64,000 nt of DNA from Tetramitus jugosus (GCA_937625935.1 OW569354.1:1-64000); one strand, 5' to 3'. Positions 32,874 to 44,748 are shown, counted from the stretch's first letter. Made by a program: numbers and translations. The notes: generated by a model not told the origin, from the letters alone.

Positions 32874-34340
32874 TCATCTGTTTGCTAAAACCACCGCTTC
32901 GTCATCATCATCCATATTCCGTGTTCTATCATTGAAAATGACAGGATCATTGTCGAATTGCTCACTCATCACATCGTTGAGTTCTGTTGACTCTTTTGTG
33001 TTGATATCCTTCTTTTCATCATCATGAGCGCTCACATACAGAGATTGCAATATTCGCTGACATTTGCTCACAAAATTCTTTTCTCTTTCGATATACTCTC
33101 GAATAAAGCTCGATCCATTCACATCCTTGTCCACCATTGATAGCTCATTGTTCTCAACAAAGGGACTTTGAATTGCATTTTCATTTTCATTCTCGCCATG
33201 TTGCAACTCGTCGTTCGCCATGTTTTTCGCCATGGTACGTCTCAAATAATCAAAAATAATATTCTTTGAATCATCCATCCTCTCTTCGACCGGATTCTCT
33301 CTGTTCAAATCTGTTGATTGGTTTGCCGTCTTTTCCTTGTACAATCGTTCATATTCTTGCTTTAGTTCTTCGTTGCTCATGTGCTCTATTCGCTTCAAAT
33401 ATGCCACATTCAGCTCTAATTGTTTCTGATGAACAATCATTCCTCTCTTTAGCTTGTGCACTAGACTTTGCTTGCTCATTTTCCTCTGTTTTTGATGATT
33501 CTTTCGCTTGAGATCATCTTCTCTATCGTACTGATCCTGTATCACTTGCAACAAATCATCCAAATCATTGTCATCCAAATACTCGTTCGATCCCATGTTA
33601 AACTTGTTGTTGTTATTGTTCATATCATTCCGATCCATAAACTGTTCATACTGTTCCAACAACTTTTTGTTCTTTTTCAAATCGATCGTCCTTGTCGTTG
33701 TACCAGCAACAGTGGCCATTGATCCAATCACATCCTCTCCTGACTGACCACTATTCCTACTGTTACTATCCGAAAAGAATAGAGGTCTCAAAAATCGTTT
33801 CCACACTCTCCAGAAGACAAAACCTCCCAACCAAGTCAAAATACCACTCAACAACAACAATAGATATCGTATGCGTTTCACATCTTGTTTCGCAGTTAAA
33901 TTCGACAATGAAGACGATGATGTTGTGGATGATGGCGCTGCATACCGATGAGTAGTCGTAGTGCGACGATAGGGATCATCAAAATGCGAATCGTACTGAT
34001 ACTGATTCTGATATCGCATCGAATGATCATCATACTGATAATTGTTATTATTTGGATAATAACCACCACCTATACCTCCACCTCCACCACTATGATAACC
34101 ACCACCACTACCATAGTAGTTGTCATTATAGCCATAACCTCCCATAGGACCACTAGAAGAATAGGGACTCATTGCACCACCACCCATACCACCCATACCA
34201 CCCATACCACTACTTCCATATCGATTGGAGCTATTTTGATTGTAGGTGCCATAGCCGCTGGAAGGACGGTTGTAGTATGATGCGTTTGTATTCGAGTATG
34301 GACCTCTCCTTGCGTAATTGTTATTGTTGTTATTGTACAT
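32874..34340 (-). CDS. YG-rich N-terminus, one TM helix and coiled-coil; unknown function
   Basis: 488-aa ORF; Y/G/N/M-rich first ~120 aa; TM YLLLLLSGILTWLGGFVFW. Confidence 0.75.
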   Translation of the reverse strand: MYNNNNNNYARRGPYSNTNASYYNRPSSGYGTYNQNSSNRYGSSGMGGMGGMGGGAMSPYSSSGPMGGYGYNDNYYGSGGGYHSGGGGGIGGGYYPNNNNYQYDDHSMRYQNQYQYDSHFDDPYRRTTTTHRYAAPSSTTSSSSLSNLTAKQDVKRIRYLLLLLSGILTWLGGFVFWRVWKRFLRPLFFSDSNSRNSGQSGEDVIGSMATVAGTTTRTIDLKKNKKLLEQYEQFMDRNDMNNNNNKFNMGSNEYLDDNDLDDLLQVIQDQYDREDDLKRKNHQKQRKMSKQSLVHKLKRGMIVHQKQLELNVAYLKRIEHMSNEELKQEYERLYKEKTANQSTDLNRENPVEERMDDSKNIIFDYLRRTMAKNMANDELQHGENENENAIQSPFVENNELSMVDKDVNGSSFIREYIEREKNFVSKCQRILQSLYVSAHDDEKKDINTKESTELNDVMSEQFDNDPVIFNDRTRNMDDDDEAVVLANR

Positions 34341-34468
34341 TGAAACGGATGTTGATAATGTTGATGGAATTGTTGATCATGACAACAGTGGTTGTTGTTT
34401 GATGATTTTTGATTTTCCAGGTTTCGAATTTATTGTGTCGTTAGTTGAAAGTGCATGCAGTTAGTTGA

Positions 34469-36247
34469 TCAGAGATAGACCATGGGTGTGGGAACAATAT
34501 CACACTCTGGACAATACTCGACATAGAATAGCTCTAGGTGCTTTCTGGCACACAGGTTGACCAGTTCAGCCATGTGTTCACCACCGATCGAAATATTTTC
34601 TTGTCCCCATAGGATCAGTGCACGAAGATTGAGTTCTCTGATGAGTGTCATCATTCCTGGCATTGTAATGTCGTTGTAACGGAAGTAGAGTCGTTTCAGT
34701 TGTTTCATGGAGGCCAATTGTAGCAGTTCTTTGTCAATGAGAAGATTACCACCAAAGAATAATTGTAAATTGAGTATCCAAGGATTCTTGGGCAACGCAG
34801 CCAAGATGTCATCAGCGGCATTGGTGTGAATCGACAGGGCAAGGTTCTTGATACGAGGCACCTTGTGTAATCGGGCGAGTTCTACCTCGGAAATCCTGTA
34901 AAACGCTTGATGTCTCAATTCAAGGCATGAAATGTGTTGGTTGTGTTCAATACCGTCCAGCGGTATGATACTAGTTCCGTCTACAGACACATCTGTCAAA
35001 CGAACCTTGTTCACATGAATCTTGCTCAGGAATTGACGCAAAATCACTTTTGTGAAATTCAAGTCACCAAGCTCCAAAAATATTAAATCCTTTAAGCTAT
35101 AAATCACATTGATAACATTGGTGTGGTACTCTTCCTTAACACCCATAAACTCCAACGTCAATTCTCTCAAATGATTAAACACCAACAATTGACGTCCAGA
35201 ATACCGATCCATTGGTAGTGTGGGAGGTAATATTGACTCACCATGTGGCACCATCATTTGACCCCCTTGTTCCTCACTTGTGCCTTGCTCTGTGGAAGTC
35301 TTTTCCTCTTCTCCATCGCCATGCTCACTACCATTAGTCTCCACCGCTCCATTCACTAGCTCAGAGCTTTCTCCATCTTGCTGTTGATTCTCACCACCAC
35401 CATTCACTTCTACTACTACCGCTGCTTCTTCTTCTTCTTCTTCTTCTTCTTGTACAACTACTGTTGTTGTTGTTGTTGGCAGTGTTCTCTCACTAAAGAT
35501 ATCCATTGACATTTGTAGTTCCTTGAGACCGTTGCGTATACAGTTGGCCTTTGATTCAAACAACACTTGAGCCAATCGATAATCCGACAATACAAATGAA
35601 ATTTCCAATTGAATCAAATTCGGTGCCCATTTTTCAATATTCTTCACAAAAGTCAACATTCCTTCATTCCAGTGCTCTAGACACAACACGAACGCATGTC
35701 CAATAATCAATCTAAAATTTGGATTATTCAAATCGAGGTCCTCTGCCAAACAAAACACCAAGTTCCACAAGTGAATTTGATTGTCTGATTTGAAGCGACC
35801 AAAATACTCTGATAATTTAAATTTTTCAGAGCATAGTTCACTGCCGTACAATATCAAGTGATTGTCAAATGTAAAAATGTATTGGATTAAATCGACTGGT
35901 AACATATCAAATGTCAATGATGTTTTTTGTTCTTCTTGTTCTTGTTGTACGACTACTACTGTTGTAGTTGTTGTTGCTTCATTGTTGTTGTTGTTGTTGT
36001 TGTTAGTGAGTATTGTGTCGTGATGATGGTCATATTTGGTTCGTTTGCTAGGATGATCTTCAGTCGAGCCATCATCATCATCATTGTTGTTATTGTTATT
36101 GTTGTTGTTGTTGTGGTGATCATCATCATCATTATTGTTGTTGTTGTTGTTGTGTTGTGGTGATTCTAGTCGTTTGCGCTTATTGTTATTGGAGTTGTTG
36201 TTGTTGTCATTGTGGTGAGAATCATCATCAATGGTAATGAAAGTCAT
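34469..36247 (-). CDS. F-box/LRR protein
   Basis: First ATG 36247; F-box FDMLPVDLIQYIFTF; C-terminal LRR-like repeats; poly-N/E tracts. Confidence 0.8.
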   Translation of the reverse strand: MTFITIDDDSHHNDNNNNSNNNKRKRLESPQHNNNNNNNDDDDHHNNNNNNNNNNDDDDGSTEDHPSKRTKYDHHHDTILTNNNNNNNNEATTTTTVVVVQQEQEEQKTSLTFDMLPVDLIQYIFTFDNHLILYGSELCSEKFKLSEYFGRFKSDNQIHLWNLVFCLAEDLDLNNPNFRLIIGHAFVLCLEHWNEGMLTFVKNIEKWAPNLIQLEISFVLSDYRLAQVLFESKANCIRNGLKELQMSMDIFSERTLPTTTTTVVVQEEEEEEEEAAVVVEVNGGGENQQQDGESSELVNGAVETNGSEHGDGEEEKTSTEQGTSEEQGGQMMVPHGESILPPTLPMDRYSGRQLLVFNHLRELTLEFMGVKEEYHTNVINVIYSLKDLIFLELGDLNFTKVILRQFLSKIHVNKVRLTDVSVDGTSIIPLDGIEHNQHISCLELRHQAFYRISEVELARLHKVPRIKNLALSIHTNAADDILAALPKNPWILNLQLFFGGNLLIDKELLQLASMKQLKRLYFRYNDITMPGMMTLIRELNLRALILWGQENISIGGEHMAELVNLCARKHLELFYVEYCPECDIVPTPMVYL

Positions 36248-36384
36248 GTTTGTTGTTTGTTTTGTGTGCTTGTTGTTCTTTGTTTTGGGAGTTACTTTTT
36301 TTGAGAAGTCTCCTCGTTTCCTCGTTTTGTAGGAATTGTGGAAGTCTTCATTGACGTCACGACCAGTCACTAACTTTGAGTTGT

Positions 36385-37881
36385 TTATTTTCGCATGAGT
36401 CTTACATTATTCTTGAGTGGTGACTGTGGTGGGAACAAAGCGTTAAGCTTTTCCTTTGGATAGAAAATCTTGGACTCACCATTCAATAGATCAATGGTTA
36501 GAGTGCCGTTAATAACTTGAATACAATCGTTTGTCCAGAAAATATTACACACAACTTGTCCCTCTGCATAGTCGTGGTCAGAGACAACATATGAGAGAGT
36601 GGATTGTGAATTACCATTGTTTGTTGTTGCGATGAATACATTGCCTCTCGAGAAGGAATAAAAGTTGTTTTCAACATATCGTTCGACATATGGTGAGTTC
36701 CAAATCTCCTTGACAACCATTCTTCGGAAAGTAACCATCTTCTGGATCAGCAAATACCAATAAGACTTCGTATTCATACTGTTCCAAAGAATTTCTCTAT
36801 TGTTTGGATCACCACCACCAGAAAATCCTTGCTCAGCACCATAGTATACCATTGGTACACCCTGGCTGAACAAGATAAAAGTCAATACATTTTGGTACAA
36901 CTTTGCATCATTAAATTGATTCAAGAATCTTGCATTGTCATGATTGTCGATAAAGATACCAAGTGCAGTAGGATCCTTGTACTGATTCAATGATTGTTGT
37001 AGGAAAGAACGAATGCTGAACATGCTTCCACGACTACCATAAACATTCTTTAGCATAAAATACAGTGGATAATTGAGCGTACCACCAATAATGTTGGCAT
37101 AACCAGCAGCATAGTCCACTCGACCATCGAATACCTCACCCACAATGTACATGCTATTTAATTTGGGTATGACAACATCGGACATGATGGATCGATAGAA
37201 TTGTTTGGCAATGTAAGGCACAGTATCCAATCGAATGCCATCAAAACCATATTTTTGAATCGTGTAGCCCAGCCATTGACTCAACTGACCATACACAAAA
37301 GAATTACTTTGATCCAAGTCAGGCAGTGACATTAAGCGACACAACTCTACCTGTGTCTGATTATTGTAGTCCACAACGTTGCACAATGGATGATAGTGCG
37401 AAGATTGATTAAATGGAGAGATTTGTGCAAAGTTCATCCCAATCGGAGCCACATGATTAAACACGATATCCACCATGACAAACATGTTTCTCTGATGGCA
37501 TGCATCCACCAAGTTCTTCAAATCCTTTTCCGTGCCAAAGTGAGAGTTCAATGACCAGAGATCCTGCATCCAATATCCATGATATCCACCCTCCAGATTC
37601 TTCACAATAGGTGAGATCCAAATTGCATCGAATCCCATATTGGAAATGTAGTCCAAATTGGCTTGAATACCACTCCATGTTCCTCCACAGTAGTTTCCAA
37701 GGTCAGGGCAATTGACAGAGGGTGATCCAGGTGGTAGAGCGAACCTGTCCGTCAACAATTGATAAATGGTACGTTGTTTCCACTCTGTCGAAGTAGCACC
37801 CAGTACTTGTGAAGCGTTGGGCTCATGAAGAACGAGAAGGGCAAGAGTGACCACAAGAAGAACAATGATTTGTTTCAGCAT
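36385..37881 (-). CDS. Secreted alpha-amylase (GH13, fungal Taka-amylase type)
   Basis: Signal peptide; IYQLLTDRFA, YCGGTW.GI, YHGYW; catalytic GIRLDTV, GEVFD, FIDNHD. Confidence 0.95.
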   Translation of the reverse strand: MLKQIIVLLVVTLALLVLHEPNASQVLGATSTEWKQRTIYQLLTDRFALPPGSPSVNCPDLGNYCGGTWSGIQANLDYISNMGFDAIWISPIVKNLEGGYHGYWMQDLWSLNSHFGTEKDLKNLVDACHQRNMFVMVDIVFNHVAPIGMNFAQISPFNQSSHYHPLCNVVDYNNQTQVELCRLMSLPDLDQSNSFVYGQLSQWLGYTIQKYGFDGIRLDTVPYIAKQFYRSIMSDVVIPKLNSMYIVGEVFDGRVDYAAGYANIIGGTLNYPLYFMLKNVYGSRGSMFSIRSFLQQSLNQYKDPTALGIFIDNHDNARFLNQFNDAKLYQNVLTFILFSQGVPMVYYGAEQGFSGGGDPNNREILWNSMNTKSYWYLLIQKMVTFRRMVVKEIWNSPYVERYVENNFYSFSRGNVFIATTNNGNSQSTLSYVVSDHDYAEGQVVCNIFWTNDCIQVINGTLTIDLLNGESKIFYPKEKLNALFPPQSPLKNNVRLMRK

Positions 37882-38035
37882 GTGTAGTGTTTTTCACTTG
37901 GCACCGTGATGATTTTGATGTTGTTTTTCGACTGGAAGGTTTTGATTGGTGTTTTTTGATGGATGACGTCGATTTGGGGAATAAATGTTTCTGAATTCCT
38001 TGGATGATCATGCAAGATAGACCGCGGGAATAATT

Positions 38036-40159
38036 TTACTTGGCAGAAGCGTGAATTCGTAGAGTTTCAGACTGGATGAGATCTTTGGTCGCAAGACGAT
38101 TCGTCAGTTTGTCACGCAGTGCAGAGAGAGTCAGCTGTTTGGTCTGTGTATCGTACAGGAAGAGATAGAACCACTTGTGGAAATGAAGCTGGGTGAAATC
38201 AATGTTGGCAATCACTGTAGAGCCTTTCTCCAGAGCTTTGTGAAGATGATTCAGCCCTGTTGTTGGATCAAACTTCGATAGAGTGGAAATGATATACCTT
38301 GTGTGCTCGACTTCGGTAGTGGCAGTAGACTTACTGTGTTCCTTTTTCTTGGCCTTTGGTTCCTTCACCTTCTTTGTGTACTTGTACTCGAATATTTGAA
38401 GAGGAAAGACACGATCTGATGGCTCATTGATTTCAGAATCAAGTTCACGGTTATCATCGGTGGGCCAATCAGGCAGATTTTGAAATAGTTCTTCAGATTG
38501 ATTCAGAGCATTGTCCAGACCATAGTACATGCAACGAAGCTTTTGATCCTTCATATCAACTATTAAACCATTGCATTGGAGATGAAAGAAATTTGATGCT
38601 AGTGCTCCCTTTTTCATTTTGAACAAGTGTAATGAGCCATGCTTCTCAACTACAACATCACCAATATCGCGGAGAAGCATGACTTTGTACTTGTTCAATA
38701 TCTTCATATGCTCCAATCTAGTAACTCGAGCTGCTTCACCGAGGTTGTTATTCTGTTGGAAGTAGATTAATGATTTCAAATCTGGTAAGGCGGCACATAA
38801 GTCAGCCTTGGTGTACACCTCTCGACCTCTTATTAGCAACACAGTTTGTCCCAATCGGAACGCACAGTACTTGATGTCTTCATCTGTTAATTTCTTTTCG
38901 ATTTTACAATAATCGACAGAAGCGACAGTTTTTCTTCGCGTTTCAAAGTCCCAAGAATTAAGCGAGTTCACAACGATCTCTCTATATGGATCAGCCCTCC
39001 GAACCTTGATGAGAAGGTTCAACAGAGTCATACACACCTTCAAAGGAACGATGCGCTGCAATTTCTCTTGAATGGGGCAGGCATGCTCTTGCTTGTGAAG
39101 TGGATATGTACTAAACAGAGCGTTGTTCACCTCATCTATCAAACCCTTTTGAGCATCGTTCACATATTTGCGATCAGAAAATAGTAAGCTTTGATCCACA
39201 GAAAACAAGTTTCTATCTTCAGTACCAGATGATTGAATGAACCTTAGACACTCTGTATGACTTGGTAATCCATTGGGAAACAAGTACAATCGGTCGATAT
39301 CATTCGAATCTGTAGATCCATGGACGAAAGAAATAGGTTCACACGTCAAATTGTCGCTCGTATCATCGTCATTTGGGATATCGGGTAGTACTTCATTAAG
39401 CTCCAAACTCAGTTGCATAACCCTCTTCCACTTTTTCCACTGGTCTAGAATCGAAATGTCGTATTGACGAGCTAGTGTCACCATCGACTCACACAAATTG
39501 GTTTCTTTGTGACCATAGAGGATTTGTTTTTGATTAGGATTCGTCTTGGAGTAACAATGAATCCATGGTTGGATCACAATATCTGCATCAGAAAACAGGA
39601 TACATTTCTTGTCCATACTCGTTTGAACCTCATCGATAAATATAAGTCGGTCGTACCACAACTGCCTATTGCCGAGTATGGTTTCAACCAGTGCAATCTT
39701 CTCTGCTAGGACTCGACTCAGCATCACCGGATCAATATATCTAAAATCCCAATTGCAATGTTGAAAGAACACACTGTTGGCACATGGATTCAAACTGGTG
39801 ACAATCCGGATATGGATATGATGAGGAAACTTTTGTTCATAGGCAAACATATCTTGTAACATTTCTCTGGCACCAGGCACTGTGGACAAATTCTTAAAGA
39901 AATCTGGTTCCAACAGAATGTTGTTCAGCTTGTACAACATCTTATTCTTGTTGTTGTTATGATCCATGATCTTGTTTTCCTCTGTAAAGCTCTTTTGAGT
40001 TTCTTGTAATCTGTTCGTATAGCTTTCATATACGGCTGACAGATCTGGTAGAGGTTCCTTTGGATGTTTGGCACAGTACATGCCACGCAGCGCCTCATCC
40101 AAGTTCCAGAGACCATTGTCCAGTACAAACAAGATCTGAAGAGGTTGTTGGGAAGTCAT
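38036..40159 (-). CDS. Multidomain protein: degenerate HAD (NT5C-like), Pol-beta-type nucleotidyltransferase, degenerate T4 Rnl1-like region
   Basis: 707-aa ORF. PDFFKNLSTVPGAREML..IVTS..EK; FVHGSTDSNDID..KGLIDEVNNALFSTY.LH.Q; LHLFK..QCNGLIVD..YLF..LTLSALRD. CDS is secure, domain calls are by eye. Confidence 0.65.
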   Translation of the reverse strand: MTSQQPLQILFVLDNGLWNLDEALRGMYCAKHPKEPLPDLSAVYESYTNRLQETQKSFTEENKIMDHNNNKNKMLYKLNNILLEPDFFKNLSTVPGAREMLQDMFAYEQKFPHHIHIRIVTSLNPCANSVFFQHCNWDFRYIDPVMLSRVLAEKIALVETILGNRQLWYDRLIFIDEVQTSMDKKCILFSDADIVIQPWIHCYSKTNPNQKQILYGHKETNLCESMVTLARQYDISILDQWKKWKRVMQLSLELNEVLPDIPNDDDTSDNLTCEPISFVHGSTDSNDIDRLYLFPNGLPSHTECLRFIQSSGTEDRNLFSVDQSLLFSDRKYVNDAQKGLIDEVNNALFSTYPLHKQEHACPIQEKLQRIVPLKVCMTLLNLLIKVRRADPYREIVVNSLNSWDFETRRKTVASVDYCKIEKKLTDEDIKYCAFRLGQTVLLIRGREVYTKADLCAALPDLKSLIYFQQNNNLGEAARVTRLEHMKILNKYKVMLLRDIGDVVVEKHGSLHLFKMKKGALASNFFHLQCNGLIVDMKDQKLRCMYYGLDNALNQSEELFQNLPDWPTDDNRELDSEINEPSDRVFPLQIFEYKYTKKVKEPKAKKKEHSKSTATTEVEHTRYIISTLSKFDPTTGLNHLHKALEKGSTVIANIDFTQLHFHKWFYLFLYDTQTKQLTLSALRDKLTNRLATKDLIQSETLRIHASAK

Positions 40160-40345
40160 TCTTATTGTTTAGCTACAGCTGTGTTATTTGTGTTTTCTGT
40201 TCGCAAGAGCGTTCTGTTGTGGATGTTTGTATCTTCTCGAACTTGAACTGCAATCTCGAAAAATCGGGATAATGGACATGATTTCCCGCAGGACAAAAAA
40301 AAGTGTGAAGAATTGCAAGGTTATTCGAATCAAACCAAATTGACC

Positions 40346-41575
40346 ATGAACCGCCAACAATCCCAGCTCCCATCAGTGATGAGTGCCATTTTTTATGATC
40401 ACTATGGTGATTATTCCGTGCTGAAGAAGAAGTCAGATTTTCCTGTTCCTGCCCTGAGTGATGTGAAGAATACGCTCATTCAAGTAAACTTTACCAGTTT
40501 CAATCCTGTGGACTACAAGATACGATCCGGCTACTTGAAGCTTTTTTACAGAGCCATGTTTCCGCAAATTATAGGTCAAGACTTTTCTGGAATTGTTGTA
40601 CAATCGTTGGATGGCGCCAAATTTAAACAAGGGGATCGAGTCGCTGGACTGTTGGAGAATCAGGGTGCATGTGCCGAGTATGTTGCATGTGGGGATCGAG
40701 CTCTGGCTCCTGTTCCAGAGGAGATGAGCTTGGCAGAAGCAGCTTGCTTGCCAACTGTAGCACTGGCAACGTATGAGACAATGATCAAGATTGGAGGTCT
40801 GAAACCATTGTCCACGACAACGACTACTACTTCAGAGTCAGAGCCTAATACAACCAGCAGAAAACCAAAAATTCTCATTTTAGGAGGCAGTGGAGGTGTA
40901 GGTTCATTTGCTGTTCAGTATGCAAAGCATGTGTTGGGTGCCGAGGTACATGCGACTTGTTCCTCTGTGAATGTATCTTATGTGAAATCATTGGGCGCTG
41001 ACTATGTATACGATTACTCTAGCGATTCGCACTTTGAGAAGTTGATACCAAAGAACCTCGATATTGTTATGGACAATGTCGGTGGTGAAATGTATCAAAA
41101 GACATGGGGTTTGTTAAACAATAGAGGTAAATATGTGTTTGTCGGCGTGGGTAATGAGCCAATGACTTATATGCAAGGATCTGCCACGGGAGCAAAGTTA
41201 GTGTGGAGAAAGGTGACATCATTCTTGAGATTGTCTCCCTCATATCATGTAGTGGCTACGAGAGCGAATGGAAGTTCTCTCGCACAGGTTATCAGTGATT
41301 ATATGGCTGTTAAGATGAGTCCTGGATATATCACACGTGCCTATGCTTTTTCAGAGGATAACGCCAAGATTGCTCACCGATTGATGGAAACTAGAAGAAC
41401 TCGAGGTAAGATTCTGATGCAAGTAGCACAGAATTTGCCACCAAGAGAGGCTGCTCTGAGTCAGTCTTTTCTCAACAGATTTGGCCATAATATCGTAGGT
41501 TGGAATAACGCTCCAAAGGTCCCGCCAATCCCTACCTTCCAAAACTCTTGGATTACAAGCACTTCTCGCAATTAA
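40346..41575 (+). CDS. NADPH:quinone oxidoreductase-like MDR protein (RTN4IP1-like)
   Basis: SFNPVDYKIRSG, GQDFSG, ILILGGSGGVGSFAVQYAK, RTRGKI. First ATG 40346. Confidence 0.9.
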   Translation: MNRQQSQLPSVMSAIFYDHYGDYSVLKKKSDFPVPALSDVKNTLIQVNFTSFNPVDYKIRSGYLKLFYRAMFPQIIGQDFSGIVVQSLDGAKFKQGDRVAGLLENQGACAEYVACGDRALAPVPEEMSLAEAACLPTVALATYETMIKIGGLKPLSTTTTTTSESEPNTTSRKPKILILGGSGGVGSFAVQYAKHVLGAEVHATCSSVNVSYVKSLGADYVYDYSSDSHFEKLIPKNLDIVMDNVGGEMYQKTWGLLNNRGKYVFVGVGNEPMTYMQGSATGAKLVWRKVTSFLRLSPSYHVVATRANGSSLAQVISDYMAVKMSPGYITRAYAFSEDNAKIAHRLMETRRTRGKILMQVAQNLPPREAALSQSFLNRFGHNIVGWNNAPKVPPIPTFQNSWITSTSRN

Positions 41576-41673
41576 AATGTCCGACACGACGTTGCCGCCA
41601 AATGTCAGCTACAAGATCAAGACTTTTCCAAAGTGAAAAATCAGTACAGATACAAAAAACACAATACAAGATC

Positions 41674-44508
41674 ATGAGTGACTCCATTGGCACCAACACT
41701 CCCAAAAGAAAGATAAATCAAATTTCTTTGCAAGGTTCCTCCACCTGTCCATCCACAACACCAAGCTTCAACACGGTTGAACCCTCTTCAGGCAACAACA
41801 CAAAATACGAGACCACTTTCGATTCAAGTGTTTTTCTCAATAGCTCCAATGCAAAGAAAGGAAAGAATACCAACACCAAGCCATCCAGCTCCTCATCCAA
41901 CTCAAGCTCTCTGGTTCCACCGCGTTCTTCCTCTTCTTCTTCGACATCGTCATCCTCCTCGTCAACTACAACTGCTCGTCAGCCCAATAGCTCTCACAAG
42001 AACTCTTCAAGTCGCATGGAAAGTAATACCAACAACAATGAACCAGTGTATCTCATGACCTTGATTGACAATAGAGCAAAGGAAGTTGGTATGGCTGTTA
42101 TGAACCTAAAGTCCACTCATATCGTCATGAGTCAGTTCGTTGAGACATCCACCACCACCTTCCATAATGTCTGCAACATGATTCAAGTCTATAGCCCATG
42201 CGTCGAAGTGGTGCTTCCGAAAACATTGGCAGACTCTACCATGGCTAGCACAATCAAGAGAGAGTATCCAGGCGTTCAACTGTCATTCATCCCAAGAAAG
42301 TTGTTCAATGAAGCCAAGGGACAAGTCATCGCAAAACAATTGGCAGTGAAAGAAGCTAGTTCAATCGATGCTGAAATTTCAAGAAAGTACCTGTGTGTCA
42401 GTGCAACGGCAGCATTGATCGATTATGTAGAGTACATTCAAAATATTACGTTTGCCTCCCAGAGTATCAAATTCATGTATAAGCAACTCTCTGGTCACTT
42501 GTTAATTGATTCTTCTTCGATTATGAATCTGGAGTTGGTGATGAATATGAAGACTGGCAAGTCAGATCAAACCTTGTTCAGTGTGATGAATCATACGAAA
42601 ACTCCAATGGGCTCAAGGATGTTGCGCTCGTCTCTGTTGCAACCACTGACTGATATTGCGACCATTAATACAAGATTAGATTGCGTAGATGAACTATTGA
42701 AGAAAGAGCAAGAATTCTTTAATCTGAGCACGTTCTTGAATGGATTCTTGGATTTGGACCATTTATTGTACCAATTTTGTCAAGTCTCAAAGAAAGCCAC
42801 ACCAAAATCCGGACAGACAGTAATAATGAATATCCTCTGTATGAAGAGAGCGTTGGAACAAATATTGGATGTGGAGGCCGTTGTGCGAGAGTATGAGAAT
42901 CCATTGTTGCTTGCAATAGCTACAAATCTACAGCATGAAGACCTATTAGCAATCTCGGACGAAATCGACAGAATGATAGAACCGAATGTTACCTTGTGTA
43001 TGTTTCTTTTCATCGTACCTGCTTTGATTGCGTCTGTCTAGTGTCTCACACAACTCCAATGTATTAGCTAAGAACCCTCAAAAGATGCAAACACAAAAGG
43101 TGTACGCAATCAAAGCAGGTATCAACGGTCTCTTGGATGTAGCCCGTCGACAATATTTGGATATGATCGAAGGAATGAATAGCACGGTCAATGGATACAA
43201 AGAACAAACTGGTATATCGTCTCTCAAGTTGCTATACAATGTTAGACGAGGATATTACTTGTCATTTGATGCCAAAACCACCCTCTCACCAGAAAGTAAG
43301 CGATTGTTTATTCAACTCACCAAACAGTCTCGAAAAATTGTATGCTCCACAGAGGAGTTGAATTCTATCAATCAGAAGATAAGGGACATCATGGAAGAAA
43401 TTTATCTATTGACAGATACAGTCGTGGATGAATTGGTTGATGCAATAAGGCAGAAGTTGGACACTTTGTACAAAGTTTCCGAAAGTATAGCCCTTCTGGA
43501 TCTGCTTTTCTCTTTTGCGAGCTTGGTGACTGTAAGCAACCAGTATGTTCGACCAGAATTCTCCTCTGATGGCCCAATCGCAATCAAAGCAGGTCGTCAT
43601 CCCATATTGGAGAAGAATGGAGCTAGAAATTTCTTTGTTCCCAATGATACATACTTGACTGAGAGTTCAAATTTTCAAATACTAACTGGAGCAAATATGT
43701 CAGGTATGGATCTGTTTTGTTTCACAACATGTCGATTACTATGACTCACAACGCGTATTGTATAGGAAAATCAACTCATATCAGACAGGTAGCACTGATA
43801 TCTATCATGGCTCACATTGGATGCTACGTTCCCGCTCAGTTTGCCAGTTTTCGATTGATTGATAAACTATTTACAAGAATTGGGACCGATGACAGCTTGG
43901 AGACCAACTCTAGTACCTTTATGGTTGAAATGAAGGAGATATCCTATATCATTCAGAATGTAACAGATAGAAGCTTAATCCTCATTGATGAATTAGGTAG
44001 AGGTACATCAAATATTGAAGGAAACAGTATTGCTTGGAGTATTTGTGAATACCTTTTGTCATCTCGCGCATACACTGTATTTGTGACTCACTATATGCAA
44101 CTAGTCGAGTTGGAACTGTTGTATCCCAGTGTGAAAAATTATCACTGCATGGTGAGTACAACTGAAGGAAAGCTAGACTTCATGTATAGTGTAGGAGCTG
44201 GATCTTGCAATGAAGACCGATATGGAATCAAACTTGCTAAAATGCTGGGACTGCCAAGAGAAATCACATGTAAGGCAGACGAGATCTGTCACAAGGTAAC
44301 TCTGGAGAGAAAGCGTAAGTTGGAAATGAGTGAACAAGCATCCAAACAGAACAAGACACAAGACTTGAGATCTTGTTACCAACTTGCGACTCGATTAATG
44401 TGTCTGAAGTTATCCACACTTAGCAGCAGAGATCTCACGCCACATCTATCAGCCTTGAAAGATAACAGCAAAGAATTACTGGAGAAATTTTGTCAAGAAG
44501 AGAATTGA
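41674..44508 (+). CDS. MSH4: Meiotic MutS homolog 4
   Basis: Introns 42998-43067 and 43704-43765 restore frame and Walker A TGANMSGKST. Starts at NRAKEVGMA with no mismatch-binding domain; RIGTDDSLETNSSTFMVEM, DELGRGTS. Confidence 0.9.
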
Positions 44509-44748
44509 TTCTCACTATGAACAATATACCATCTTTACTTTGAGAATCGAGTGGTAGAAGTGACAGCATTTTCATCACAACGAAATCTCTAACTATTCCA
44601 GCTATCGAGCAGTCTTGCAGCCCCTTTTTCACCCTTCAAAGCCAGACAATACGATCGCACGAACTTTTTCCATAAAAAGTAACTCCACTTGACACCGAAA
44701 ACTCTTGCCACAAAAAACAACACAAAAAATATCACCAGAGTAGCAATA

